Assembly (NCBI GenBank): GCA_963693365.1 | Contig: CAVNZM010000009.1 | Coordinates: 4,227,146 to 4,291,145, forward strand | Length of the DNA stretch: 64,000 bases | Direction of reading: 5' to 3' | DNA from: Amoebidium appalachense | Taxonomy: Eukaryota; Protista; Ichthyosporea | Shown: piece by piece, positions 1-62,843 of the stretch | Position numbering within the stretch: the first letter of the stretch is position 1 | Layout: the number at the start of each line of letters is the position of its first letter | The notes under the pieces: model-generated | The model's database searches: none | What the model was told of the DNA's origin: nothing | What the model saw: only the letters and a program-made list of their open reading frames with translations | Translations under genes and position numbers: made by a program

Positions 1-21
1 AGGATAGACACATGCATGCAA

Positions 22-1656
22 TCATTCATCATCCTCTACAGCAGCGGCCTCTACAACAATCCCACACATTTTCATATACTCTTTCACTTCCTCCAAAGGC
101 ATAGTGGGTTTCCGTGCGTCCTCCAGCCGCTTCTGCTCCTCGGCTGTGAGGGGCTTGCCGTGCTTCTCGCGCATGAGGAGGCCCCCAATGTAAAGGGCCT
201 CCTGCTGCTTGAACCTAGCCTCCTCCTTGGCCGCCTCGTCATCACTGGGGGGTGGGCTCGGGAAGCTCTCCCAGTCGAGCCTGATTTTCTTGCAGCGGAG
301 AACTTTCTCATAAAACTTCTTGTCCCCCTTCTCGACCAGCTTGTAGAGTGCAGCGTTGGCAACCACCTTGCGTCGCAGGCGCTGCAGACAAATCATATTT
401 AGAGCCCGTTACACTTCGCGCCACCATGCTTCGTGACAGAAGTAGATCACAGGCATGGCTTGTCAGGGAAGAAACAGGTATCGGATATCAAACCTTGTCA
501 AGCACCGGTATAAAGAAGTTTCACTAAACCGAACAAGAACAATAAAGCCCTTCATCATCTAGTACACGTGCCCAAAGACAAGAGGCAACTCACATCGTTC
601 TGGGTGTTGTACTTCTGGCGCTTGCGCTCAATACGGCGGGTCTCCTCCGCTGACATCTTATTGGCACGGCATCTCATGGTACGCAACGTTTCCCCGATGG
701 AAGATGACAGCTGCTTGTCCGTGATGCTGGCCGCTTCACCAGTCAAGTGCCCCCGCGCAGAAATGTGGTTGCGCACAGCAGCGACAAACACACCCTTGTC
801 TGCCTTGTCCATCTTGCCCCAGGTGAAGTCGAGAACATTCTGATCCATGTCCTGAAGATGCGCTCTTACGGCGTTGCTAAGGGTGCCCTGAGAAATAGAT
901 GCGTTAGCTCTCTGTTTTTAAAAGAGGGAAAGCGCGGAAAAACAGGCTACTCAAAGACACACCAAAGCTCACCGGTCTCCATCACTATCGAAGGCACGCC
1001 AAAGCTTTTACTTATGGCATAGCTACCATTCACAAGGCACCCCAAACACGGAGGAGCAGCGACCATAGAGCACAGCAGCAGCAGAACGGCTATTTTTAAC
1101 ATGTCATAAAAGTAGGAATTTCCATTCAAAAGTGGGGGAGGGGGGGGGGGGGACAGTAACCCCTCTTGTATTTATAGCTCAGACACTGGTACAATGATAA
1201 AAGGACTCATCCAGCCACTCACCGTAGGAAGTTCGATCTTTGTCTTGCCATTAGCAGGGATCTTTGGTGCTGGAGCTGGAGCTTGCTGCAGCAGTGAGCT
1301 GAGAGAGCAGTCTGAACGGCAGCCTGGACCATCTCGGCAATGCGCTCTGCCAAGGTGTTGTTCTCCTGCAGTCAACGGGTGTGTCACAATTGGCATTCTG
1401 AATGACGGACCCATTCGCTTCCATCACAACACTTCCTCCAAAGTGAACAAAACACACCAAAAAATTAAAGGGGGGAAGGGGGGGCAACCGTGTACATGCA
1501 AGGGAGATGACTGACAAAACACAAAACGTAAAATCTAGGTAGGGTTTACAGCGGCCTATGCAACCGAATGACCGTATCTTTAAGTTTCTGCATACCCTTG
1601 GCACGGTGTAAAAAAGAAACCCTCACCTCACGGACGATCTTCTGGAACGTGCTCAT
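22..1656 (-). CDS. Spliced accessory (TnpA-like) gene of the CACTA element, 4 exons (~1656-1627, ~1366-1213, ~888-593, ~382-22), probable frameshift in exon 2
   Basis: ATG at 1656 (MSTFQKIVRE|GT); GT-AG bounded segments ENNTLAERIAEMV..., GTLSNAVRAHLQDMDQ...NTQND, RLRRKVVAN...EDDE*. Divergent from the CACTA transposase. Function inferred from position only. Confidence 0.5.
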
Positions 1657-2925
1657 TACGATGGTCAACGTCTAGACGGCTGGGAAAAGACACACTAACG
1701 CTACACAGGACAGAGGGTAGCTGCAAGAAGAAAAGTCGTGGACACCCTTGTCACACAGTAGCCTTTGTGACCGGGTGGAATAACTACGTCTTGTACGGAC
1801 CTTTTTATAGTGCAGCCTTCAGCACCGGTAGAGCCTATGGCCAACCGCAGCTGGTATACGTTGCTCTCCACAAACTAGTATGGCGTGGTGCATGTGTGTT
1901 ATGTGCGCCATTTTGTTGGTTTGCAAATATGCATGCAGCCTCTAACATAAACACTAAAATGTCAACCACATGTGCTAAGAACGCCCGCCAAAACAAACTG
2001 ACCCGTGTGTCGCAAAAACAACGGACTTTTCTCAAACAGGCGCGAACAAACGGCCTGGGGCTCTTTACGCAAGCTTGAAATTACCATGGGATGTAAAAAT
2101 TATAGCCGGCTACAGATTTACCTATAACATCTAAATTATTCAACTGAAATCTCACAAAACCGTTAGAGTATTTTTTAATTATATCCGTTATTTATATATA
2201 TTCCAACTTGTAGTGCGGTTAACAATACAAGACAGGGTTTAGGCGGAGGGGGGCTTTGCGGATGGTACTGGTCGTTGCTTTCACACAGGCCACAAACGTC
2301 AGCCAATCAAAGGAGTCTGGCACTGGCTGCTAGCTTGTGATTGGTCCTCCTGGCGGTGCTTTCGAAGTTGTAATGTTATTGGCTTTTTTGCAATTTTTTT
2401 TTTTTGGGTGATGATCTTTAGGGGCCTGGAGCTTCTTCTCTCTCTTTCTCTTTTTGGGGTATGTTTTACTATTTTGTACGGGCCGTAATTACATCTAAAT
2501 AGAAGAACAGCAAGGCTGTACCATTGATTTCACGGTTTCTGACATCATGCGCATGCGCGCGTGATCATGATCATGATCGGGATGCGTGATTATGTCTTAG
2601 GCAGCTGGCTGTGGCAAATGGTTTGTTCTTCAAAAAATAATTTCTATATAATAATTAATAGCATAATTTTTATTGTAAATAGCAATGCTGTTTGCTCTAA
2701 CAGTATTTACTCATGAGCTTTGCTTTCCACCTAAACTCATTGCTCATCGACCCCTAGACTAACGCGAAAGCAATTACGTAATCGAACGTTCAAGAGAACT
2801 CTTCGTCGATGGTGCTGGAGCCGCGCTGTTCCTACCTCAGTACCAGGTCCATAGCTGTATAATTCACGGCGAGCATGAAGCGGTTATAAGACGAACAAGG
2901 TTCTGGCCCACCAAAAGGCCCCAGA

Positions 2926-8319
<5,394 letters not shown>

Positions 8320-8352
8320 TTCTAGGTGCAGTGTGGGTGTAAATTCTCTTTC

Positions 8353-8394
<42 letters not shown>

Positions 8395-8585
8395 CACACA
8401 CACACACACACACACCAGCAGGTATCCCCATGGTTGCCTGAACCGCAAGCACACCACCCACAAGGTGGGCGGTGCACATTCACATCTGCACACGTTTCCT
8501 AACCCACACGTGCATGTGCACATCCGCAATCACACTGTCACGGTAGAGTCTCAGACGTGCGCGGGTGCGCACCCACACACACACA

Positions 8586-8632
<47 letters not shown>

Positions 8633-9473
8633 CCCTCGCCCAACACACACACACAGTGTAGACATGCATTGCATACGGCTGTGCATACACACAAACACTG
8701 GCGCCCGCTATGCACACAATCACGTACCATTAGCACATTTTCTGGCAGGGAAGGGTTGTTTGTGGTGGGACCAGTGTCCTAATTGTCATTTTGAACTCTG
8801 TGCTTGGGTAGACCAAATATTTCTTTAGTTTCAAGTTTCTTTTGAATCTTTTTTTAGAACCCCCATTGCGTACGTAGCACGCGGGCGGAGGGGGGAGTTC
8901 CTATTTGGGGGGGGGGGGGGGGGGGTTGGGCATCATGTTTCCTAGCGGAGGATTTGGGAGGGGAAGGACAGGGTGTGTGTGTGGGGGGGGGGTTAAAATG
9001 TAGAGGAATTCACAGGGATGTTTTGCCAAAAAATACACTATAGCTGCCGGAGGTAGATCTTATTTGAGTTCTCAGTGTGGGCCTGGGTCACACTCGGCTA
9101 TTAATAGCTCTTGATTCCAAGTATGTCTGATTAATTAGCAAAAGACATTGCTGTTAGCCGTGCTTTGTTGCTGCCGGCAGATGTGCTTTTCAGCACAAGT
9201 TTTATACTATTTCAATAAATTATGGCCGCAAATGCAAAGTCATTATGACCTCGGCCATTGAACATGTGCACATTTGGTTCACAAACGCCACTTCATGACA
9301 CATGAAAAATGTTAGAAAGTCAGTCATCGACAAAACATATACAGGTCTAGGGGACCGGGGATATTGATAATTATAATTATTGCAGGAAATGATACAAATC
9401 GATCATAAAGCAAATGCTATTATTTTGCCTGTAAAAATTGTGTGTGGGAGTGTGGGTGCACGGGTGGGTGGGC

Positions 9474-9523
<50 letters not shown>

Positions 9524-9599
9524 GGGGGGGGGGGGGGGGGGGGGGGGAAGTAATGCTGCTAGTGCTACCATCAATTACTCCATTAATGGTGGAAGTGAC

Positions 9600-9774
9600 A
9601 CCGTTGCTTTCACATGACATGGGTTGCCTACACCCTGAGTCCAACCAACGGCATTGCACTCACCATTACTGTCATCATTGGACACACCCCAACGGTAAAG
9701 CAACGGCGCCAGTAAGGCTGCAAGCAACGGGAAACGTACTAGCAACGCTGTAAGCAACGGTATCGCTTACACCG
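9600..9774. repeat. Probable right subterminal region and end of the CACTA element (clustered GCAACG motifs)
   Basis: At least 5 (A/T)AGCAACG or CAACGG motifs in both orientations, ending ...GCTTACACCGT exactly where the VLTF3-like ORF is cut off. The left TIR is outside the window. Confidence 0.5.
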
Positions 9775-10546
9775 TCATGTATACCTGTGCACCTCTGCGT
9801 CCATGCCACTCACTAACCCTACCATTTTCACCAGTAGGAAGGGGTACCCCACAAAGTTCTTCCTTGCCTCGTCCTTGTACCGGCGGTGCCACGACAAGGA
9901 AAACTTAAACATGCCCGTCAGCAACTCCAACTGCTCGCACGTGAACCTAGGGAGGGGGTGCCCGTACAGCCTGTTCATGATATAAGGTACGTGCACGTAG
10001 TGCCATGTGAGCTTGTTCTGCCTCAAGACCCTCCTTGCCTGGTCTGCACTCTCTCTGTGTTGCACGCCCCTGAATGCTGCCACCACCCCCTCCTGCATGT
10101 CCCCCATAGACGCATTCAGCCCTTGCACCGACTGCAGCAGCTGCTTGAAGTGGTTAATGTGTCTGTACGGCTGAGACCTCTTTCTGTCCCAGAAGGCCGT
10201 GCATCCCTCGTACGTCTTCCTCCCCTCACCGTCACTCCCCTCCCACCCCCTCCCGTCGTACACCCGGTCCTCCTCCTCCTCCTCCCCCCCTCCCCCCTCC
10301 CTCCCCCCTCCTCGTACACGTACTCCTGGTCCCCTCCGTCGTGCTCGTATTCGTCGTGTTCCCCCGTGCACGTCTCAGCCTCTCCTTGCAGGATGCCCAC
10401 CAACATGCACACGGTGGCTGTGGTTTTGGTTGTGTGGTGGTGGTGTTGCAGTACATGTCATAGAGGAAGGGGCACAAGTCTAGCAGCTTCTCAGGGTAAT
10501 ACTATGTGGTGTCGGCCACCATACTTAGCAGTGTGTCCTCGTCCAT
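9775..10546 (-). pseudogene. VLTF3 (poxvirus A2-like late transcription factor) homolog, truncated and disrupted
   Basis: PYRHINHFKQLLQSVQG...RRVLRQNKLTWHYVHVPYIMNRLYG..LP...RKNFVGYPFLLVK matches the NCLDV VLTF3 pattern. ATG at 10546, one in-frame TAG, N-terminal frameshifts, C-terminus missing. Confidence 0.8.
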
Positions 10547-11024
10547 TTTAATTTTAATTTTTTACGTGTGTGTGTGTGTGTGTGTGTGTGGTCTACGGGT
10601 GTTGCAAAAAGTGAAGTGTTTGTGTACATGTGTGTGCGCCTTTTATATGTTTTGGTGCCTGCTCTTTCTGGCAAGCCTCCCACCCTTGTATGCATGTACG
10701 GTGGTGGGGTTGGTGTTGTTTCTACCTGTGCCTGCATGTGGTGGTCTGCTGAACGACACGTTTGTGTTTGTGTTTGCATTAAGTCCTGATTTTAATGGCT
10801 GTTGCCCCTCGTGCACACGGTGCACATGGTGTATACCTAAAAACACACTCTTTTTCTTTAAGTTCTTCTTCTGACCCCCCTGCCCGTGCACATGGTACCC
10901 CATTTTTCTATCTTTCAAAGCTAAGTTAACAGACACCTCATATAATTTTCAAATTTACTCTAATGTAACTTCAGGTGCTTAGACTACGTATGGTCCGCAT
11001 GCTCTAACTAACCCCCTCCCCTAA

Positions 11025-12855
11025 TCAAACCTGCAGCGTGCCCTCCGGTGCAGCCCACCCAATGGGGTAGCTGCGTACACTACCGTCTGCCGCCTCAAAC
11101 ACCCCCCTCTTGTCGAAGGCACCCGACTGTGTCTTACGCTGGTCCTTGCTGGCCAGGTGGTAGTTGTGGGGGACCGGGCCGGGCACGGGTTCACGGAGCA
11201 GCCGGTGGTTGGTGACGCTCACACTCGGCAGCTCGCCGTGCACCAGCCTACAGAGGTTGGGCATGTTGACGGTGTCGGCTGCACGGCGGGAGAGGGTGAT
11301 GCCCTTGACCTTGACGTCGGTCTTGCCGTCCTGGGTGCGGTAGGCATACGTCTTGGGGGCCACCCCCACGAACTCGACGATGGGGGTGGTGGTCTCGTTC
11401 TTCCAGTTGCCCAGCAGGTCGCCGTTGGTGGAGTCGATGTTGTGGCGGAGGTGGGGCACCCTGCTGTCGTAGTGGTACACGATGGAGTCGGTGTCCATGT
11501 ACACCACCTGCTGGGGGGACAGGGACCGGAGGGCCCCGTAGAGGTGCAGCCGGGCATGTGCCGTGACGTACGTGCCAATGGCAATGTTGGCATAGGAGGG
11601 GGGTGGGGCCGTCTCCTTCTTGGGCCGGTACTTGATGGCCACCCTCTGCTCGCCGATGGGCTCGACGTCGAGCACCAGGAGGTTGGGGTTGGTCACCAGC
11701 AGCCTCAGCCGGTCAACGTCGTCGACAACCTCGATGGTGTCCAGCCCCGCCCTCTGCACCAACTTGCCCCAGAGGCTGTTCAGAAACAGCTTGCTGATGG
11801 TACGCAGGGCCGGGTTGGGGTCAAACTCGTCGGCGGTCACCGTAACGCCGTAGTGCTCCTTGAACAGGTGCACGAGGGCAGGAATGTCGGCCGGGTCGAC
11901 GGTGGTGCTGGTGAGCTTCACCTTCAGGAACGTCTGCACGTACTTCCGGAAGAGGTTCTTGGTGCGTTTCTTGAAGTGCACCACGTCGTACACGTCGAGT
12001 ATGGTGTATCCGTCACGCACGGCCACCTTCAACTCCTCCGTCGTCCACGTGCCCACCAGCGCCCTCTCCTCGTCCGTGTGTGTGCACAGTGTGTGCTCAC
12101 GTACCCTGGGGTTGCCGTCCTCGTCCATGCAGGTGGCCCGGGCCTCCTCCTTGCTGCTGCAGGCCCTGCACAGCACAAAGCCCAGCTTGTCGTACCCCTG
12201 GCCACCCGTCATTCGCACCGGCAGCACCGGAATGAAGAGGTCCTTGGGGGGCAGCACCCTCACACGTGCAACACCAAAGTACCCTTTGGTCCTGGCCTGG
12301 GGGGAGCCGGGGGCCATACGGCACGTCTTGTCGAGCCTCTCCTTGAGCACCTGGGGGTCGGTGGCACCCCTGCAGGCCGTGGGTGCACGTGTCCAGCCGG
12401 CACCAGAACACGTTGTCGCAGAAGGAATGACGGTCTCTGCCAACCCCTGCCCCTGAGCCCTTGAGCTTGGTGCTGTGGTTGGCCATGCATTTGGTCGACG
12501 GGAAGAGGCCACAGCAGTCGTCACAACGGTAAGGCCATGCCTCCTCCCCTGCCCGTGCAAGCTGCAGACGGCGCTCGGGGGTCCACACACAGGCGTTGCC
12601 CTGGTTGTTGCGGTCCCCCTTTGACCCATAGTTGTCGCACTGGTTCACACAGCGGTGTTTCCCCATGTTCTTGCTCTGCACGGTCTGGTTGCAGTGGTAG
12701 CAGGTGCTGAGATTCCGTCGTGCCTCCCCCGTGTGGTTGCTGTGTCGTAGGCGCTCGATGGCCGTGCTGACACTGGAGGTGATGGCCGTGAAGTGGCTCA
12801 GCTTCTGGGAGTGGGCCAAGTACATGGTGCACAGCTTGGAGGGGGGCAGGGCCGT
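11025..12855 (-). pseudogene. Protein-primed family B DNA polymerase of Polinton/adintovirus type, internally deleted and 5'-interrupted
   Basis: LFIPVLP, CTHTDEERALVGTWTTEEL, KLFLNSLWGK, YMDTDS, APKTY and KVKGITL motifs. A Cys/His-rich N-terminal region lies in another frame (12855-~12390). The exonuclease domain and DxxSLYP motif are missing. No introns, GC-rich. Confidence 0.9.
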
Positions 12856-14520
12856 CATCAGCAATCTTGCGCGAACATCCAAAACATATCAAACCCATCT
12901 AGGATATGCAACTGTATATTAATGGATAGCGTTTGGATATCCACACGATATGTAGGATGGTTTCAGTCGAACATATCAATACCATCCACTGGATATATAC
13001 AACATGTGTATTTCCTCCTGACCTCCAACCAATGTCCAATATATATGTAGTTGCATGCTTAGATAGTGATCAAGATATTGCACCCCCAATAGATATCACA
13101 TATGGATATCCATGCTGTACCTCCATTGGGCATCGTTGTGATATCACATATCTGGATATGCAATCAATGCATATATGGATACATAAGTGCACCTATAATG
13201 GCCATTAAATACACATTAGATGCATATGAATGCTGACATCAAACGCCACCTGGTTGGTTCGGCATGTATTGGATATTAGACAGATGCCCACAATGGATAT
13301 CGACGCTGGATATCCAATGATGGAATTTCAACTGCATTCCTCCGTTGGATAGCTATATGGATATGTAACATTCTGGATATCCATTTGGATGCTTAGCTGT
13401 ATATTAGACTGGATCAGTAACAACATATCCAATACATGACTGACAAGGATATCCGATCAAAATCCCCATACAGATATCAAGATATCCCTGTAGCAAGACA
13501 TGCAATACATCTAACAAGTATATCCAATGGCGGTCTATAGTGGATGTCCATATTATATATCCATTATAATATCCAGATGGATCCCTAATACATGTGCACT
13601 TGACCCCAACGCTAATGAACAATGCATGCCCATATTGGATACGTTCCATGGATATCCATTCCGATATCCAGATACATACGCATATGCTTGTCCACTAGAC
13701 CCTCCTATAATAACCAAAGCATGACGATTCCACATATCCAATTAGATCACCAAATATGGCTCTGACGGTTATCCATATACACCCGCACGCTGATGTCCAA
13801 TAGACATTATCATACTAAGACACAATGGATAGCTATACTGGTTATCTAGGCTCAACATCCATACAGATATCTTGATACACCTGCATTTGCCCATCCACTA
13901 GACCCTAATACTAATATCCAATGCATGACGAAAATACATATCACAATAGACCCCCATACCGATCTCCAACGGCTATCCATATGCACCCCTGCTTACCCAT
14001 CCAATATATGTCGATATTCATATACAATGCATCACCATTCACAATATCTAAGCTTAATATCCAACATGATATGCGGATACATATACACCTACATATGCAC
14101 TCGGCACCTATGTTGATACCTAATGCATGAAAAACAAAAATATCAAAGTAGATGCCCAACCTAATGCCTAACACTTAACAAACATACATGTTTTGGGATA
14201 TCCATTTACACCACCCGTATCTAATACTTAAAATATCACTATAACAGCTATCTGGGCTGATACCCATACAGATAGCCAGATACATCTGTAGCTACATCTC
14301 TAGGGTATATCCACTGGATTAATTGCATAATTTTGGTACTGTATATCTGCAACATATCTATTAGTGTGTATTTGATGTGTAATAAGGCCTTTCCGGATAA
14401 ACATTATACATCTTTACCGATCCATCGCATAACCATATGATGGCTAATGACCACCATTGATAAATAATTTATGTCTGGCCTAATATCTATCACATAAGTA
14501 ATACTTCTCCACGGTACAAA
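12856..14520. repeat. Plavaka subterminal region with dense GGATAT/ATATCC/GATATC motifs
   Basis: Many short motifs in both orientations adjoining the TIR; same texture at 63627-64000. Confidence 0.7.
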
Positions 14521-14584
14521 GTTACACAACCACGTTATACTCGGTTCCACAAATCAAGGGGAAGAAATAGATAAAAAAGAGGAA

Positions 14585-14649
<65 letters not shown>

Positions 14650-14667
14650 GCCTTAAAAAAAAACATA

Positions 14668-58514
<43,847 letters not shown>

Positions 58515-58742
58515 TTCAAGAAAACTTTCAGGCGAAAAACAAGGGGGGTTTACGCTGTTTACTCGAGGCAAAGAGAACCAGTCTCAGGTATGGGGGGGGG
58601 GGGGGTTTTGCTCGGAATATCCCCTCAGCGGTATATCATGATCACGTACATAGATGTCGGGTGGTGACTATATATCAGGGTTTACTTTCTCTACGAGACA
58701 CCATAAAGACTACAAGGAGAAATCAATTAGTTGGGGTTCCCC

Positions 58743-58798
<56 letters not shown>

Positions 58799-58830
58799 GG
58801 GCTCCCCTCGGGACACTCGGTATCAGCTGG

Positions 58831-58881
<51 letters not shown>

Positions 58882-58901
58882 TGTGTGTGTGTGCGCGTGC
58901 G

Positions 58902-61900
58902 CTATAATTTTGTAGTGATGTGTTTCTCAAGCCAATCAATACATCTAATAAACAGGTCGTAGTTACGCGTGTTTAGTATAAAATCAAGGATGTTGTAATT
59001 TACAGGTAGGCTATCTTTCTGGGTGTCTGTTGTGAATGTGACGTGTGTGTGTTGCGGTATTATGTGGTCTATCAAACTACATTTGGCGATACATGACCGG
59101 TTAAACTGGTGTGTGTGTGTGTTGTTTGGGCATGCAAATGATGCCACCTTATACTTATTAGATCTCCACTGTATAGCACGTGTACAGTAAAAGCGTGGTA
59201 ATTGATCAATAATACCATCAGCTAGAGAAAGACCAGTTCTACAGGAAGGTAATATGTATTTAGGTGTTATACACTTGCGAGTGCCATATTTGGCAATATG
59301 GTTGAGGCGGTCAGTATATATAAAACGAGACATAAGGCTTAGTTTTTCAAGGTGTATGCTTTCATCGGGTCTAGTGTCGTGTGGTATCTTTTTCCATTTG
59401 TTATATTGCGTGATTATCTTGTGATTGTGTACATGTTTAATAAGTAAGTGGCAGTCCAAAGTCACACACACACTATTGCGGGGTTTATTTGTATTTGTGC
59501 CCAGGGGAGAAGGGGAGAGAGAGGGGAGGAAAGAGGGGAGAGGTGAGGAGGGGACAGGTCGGATAGAGAAGAGAGGGTGGGAGGGCAAATACTTCTTTAA
59601 GCGGCTTATGTGCTTATTGAATTTCAGCGCGAGATAGGATACTCTAGCAGCTATTGGGACCAGACCATATATCGAGAGCGTTACAGGCCCAGGTTTACAA
59701 CAGTTGTTAGATAGAAAGGAGGCAACTTCTGCTTCAAGGAAATTTGCCAAGGGTTTAAGCGCTCTAGTTCTCTCTTTCTTGATCCAAGCGGCGAGAAGGG
59801 GTAAACCATATTCACATGCCGGGAAGACAAAAGTGCGAATAAATGTAAGTCTAATAGAAGGATGGAGGGGTGTGTCTTTAAAAATATTAGCCGAGAAGAA
59901 AGCTAACCGCTTACGAGCCAACTCTACCCTCTTTTCGACCATATGGGGAAACATAACACCAACAGAATCAACCGGAACACCAAGATATTTGTATTCTGGA
60001 ACTATAGGTACAGGTTTAGATGATAATGTAAATGTGTGTAAATTGTTAGCTATATCAGGTACAAGAACACCACATTTGTCTATGTTAAGGATCATAAGGT
60101 TTGCCTTGCACCACTCTGACACTACATCGAACAATCTTTGCAGGCGTCTAGGGGTACGGGCAAGGAGGGACAGATCATCAGCATAGAGAAGTGCAGGCGG
60201 AAAGTTATTAATAGGGTCATCGTTTTCGGCGTAAATCTTGACAGCCAAATCATCTATAAATAGGTTAAACAAAAAGGGGCTAAGCAATGAACCCTGCAAG
60301 AGACCTCTAGTACGAGCAAAACCATATGAAAGATGCCCATTAACCACAGCTCTACCATAGGTTTGAGACAAGAGTGCTTCTAACAGAACACCAATGCAGT
60401 GTGGTACACCCCGTGCAGCAAGCTTTTCCCATAGGAGACCAGGGGAGACAGAATCGTAAGCAGTTTTCCAATCAATAAAGCCAACATATTGTGCACCAAC
60501 TTGCATAGAATCGTGCAGTGCCATTATTTGAACATAACATGAATTGTTTTTACGAAAAGCGGATTGGCATGGGTGTATGTGAAGAATAGATTGAAACCTA
60601 GGGTGATGTGCAAATAACCTAAGTAAGCAAGCTTCAAAGAATCTACGAACAACCTGGGTTAGTGTAATGGGGCGAAAGGATGATATGGGGCCCTCAGAGT
60701 CCTTCTTAACTATGGGGATCACTAAGGTATCTAACCAAGATGACGGGACATGTCCACATTTAACACACCAAGAAAAGAGAGAGCTTAACATGATAGTAAG
60801 ATCAGGTTTAATAGCACGATCACTTTCCTTTTGTGGGTAGGAGGGAACAAGGATTTTAAGAAACCCAGCAGGGAGTCCATCAGGTCCACAAGACTTACTA
60901 GAGCTATAACTAGATATCACAGACCATATGGCATCGGGACTGAAAAAGGGGAGGATCGATTCTATGGGGATAGATGGGTCTACAGGCCACACAATAGGTT
61001 TCTGAGCGGGGGTCCTATCTTTAAACAGTTCCGAGAAATACTTATCAGAGTCTATGAGGGGGTCTCCAGTGGTATCACCAATAATACGAGCAGGGGGGCC
61101 AAATCGATTCATACTAGCAAGCCGGCGCAAGCTTTCCTTTTGAGACAGGGGTTCACCTAGTCTAGCGGGAGTGGTGTTTGGTAACAAGAGAGCATCGGGA
61201 TATTCCTTCCTACCACCGCCAGCATAATCACCGAGATCTATCAAATCATCAACAATAAAGTTAGTGCATGTATCTAGTACGAGATGTGAATCTGGCCTGG
61301 CTTGTGCAGATTCTAATAGGCGCATATATATAGGGTGTTTCGTAGCATAGCATACACATACATCAACTCTACCCCACTGTGACTTAAGCTGGGATAGACG
61401 GAGGCGAAAGGTGGGAGGGGGAGGGGGGAGCAGATCAAGGGAGATCTTAGGTAGGAAAAGGATAGGAGAGTGGTCAGATGACCTAGAGAGGTTAGGAGGG
61501 AGAGAGAGTTTTGACATGGTTGATGGCCAAAAGGCCACTCCCCAGTCGGTGTTGTGGGCATGGGATATTTGAGGGAACCGCAAAGTGTGACTTTGGACAT
61601 ACCTTGCTAAAGGGATAGCACGCTCCGGGGGCTTAGATGGGTACCCGACACTCACTTGCAGTGTGTCTGTGTGGTGGAGTCGCGTGTTAAAATCACCTAA
61701 AATAACAGTGGACATTGGTAACTGTGACAACTCGTGAGTCAATTCGACAACCGACATAGATGGTGGGTAATATACAAAAGTAAAAACATTAGAAAGAAAC
61801 TCTATAGAAACCGAGAATTCCGTTTTTGCTACCGGTTTGCACTTCACTCTCACGTGTGGTGCGGCAAGTACAATAATGCCTCGGTTTTTCGCGTAACCGG

Positions 61901-62095
61901 GGTGTGTGGATGTGTCGACCAATGTAGAGTTGAATTTGTGGTGGTTTTTAAACTGTGTTTCGCAAATCACTGTAAACGTGTGGTTGTTTGTCTGTTGTTG
62001 TATGTAGCTGATTTTATCGTCGAGTGTCCCGGGGGGAGGCCCTTTTGGGGGCCCAGTGTCCGAGCATTCCAGAAGAAGAAGGATAAATTAGGCAT
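58902..62095 (-). CDS. LINE ORF2: AP endonuclease plus reverse transcriptase
   Basis: MPNLSFFFWNARTL start at 62095 with a frame break near the G-run at ~62035; ICET, LGDFN, SDH, GPDG, FRPITL, AYDSV, QGSLLSP, LYADD, YKYLG. Confidence 0.92.
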
Positions 62096-62843
62096 CGGTT
62101 TGGTCCGACACCTGTGGGGTTGGTTCCCACTTGTCGCTTACGGGGTCGTATGCACGACCTTCCGCCAGCGCGAACAGTTCGCAGAAGAGCTCGATTTCCA
62201 TCTCGCATCGGCGTTTGCGCTCGAGCAGTTTCTCACCAGAAAACATTGGTTCCTTCGTGTCCGTGTCTATCACGCTCGTAGCATCGTTTTCCAACTTTGC
62301 GAGGAACTCTTTTGCCTTGCTGATGCGTACACGACAACGTGTGGCGCACGCATTCTTAGCAGACACTTTACGTTCTTTGTCTGCTTTCTGAATGTTTTCC
62401 GGCGCGCATGGGTCGTAGTTTGGGAGGTGGGTGAAGAAGCTTCCACACCCCTTTGTCGCGTCACGGATGAACGCACGGTTATAGTCGCCCCGTACTGCTA
62501 CTTCCAGCACATCGTATCCAATGAAGGACAGACAAAGGATGCGAGAGCACCGGAAGCCGAGAGCCTTGAAGATGGACCACATGGCCCTGTGTGGGCGTCT
62601 GCCGTGCTTGACTTTGAAATACACCCTCTCGTATTTGGGTGGGATGTTGATGTTACCGTTTGCTTGGGTGTTCCCCTTAGCCGGCGGTTTGGAAGGGGAG
62701 TTGCGGCGGTACTCGTTGCCTGCAAGAATGCTGGCATATGTTTCCTTGGCAATTTGGCGGAGCTCGGGTGTTTTACGAGAGTTCGCATATTCTAGGAACT
62801 CTGCCGGGAGCTGTGCTTCCGGTCCTGTGTTGTAGGCAGGCAT
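62088..62843 (-). CDS. LINE ORF1 (251 aa)
   Basis: Open frame directly upstream of ORF2; its stop overlaps the ORF2 start (ATGCCTAA); basic protein. Confidence 0.75.
   Translation of the reverse strand: MPAYNTGPEAQLPAEFLEYANSRKTPELRQIAKETYASILAGNEYRRNSPSKPPAKGNTQANGNINIPPKYERVYFKVKHGRRPHRAMWSIFKALGFRCSRILCLSFIGYDVLEVAVRGDYNRAFIRDATKGCGSFFTHLPNYDPCAPENIQKADKERKVSAKNACATRCRVRISKAKEFLAKLENDATSVIDTDTKEPMFSGEKLLERKRRCEMEIELFCELFALAEGRAYDPVSDKWEPTPQVSDQTDA

Noticed and set aside
9036-9043. CACTATAG as a CACTA terminus
   Set aside because: No matching inverted partner or TSD found; the element edge fits ~9774 better.
11157-12464. 435-aa plus-strand ORF and other antisense ORFs over copia, gypsy and LINE
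   Set aside because: Shadow frames of GC3-rich coding sequence with no recognisable motifs.
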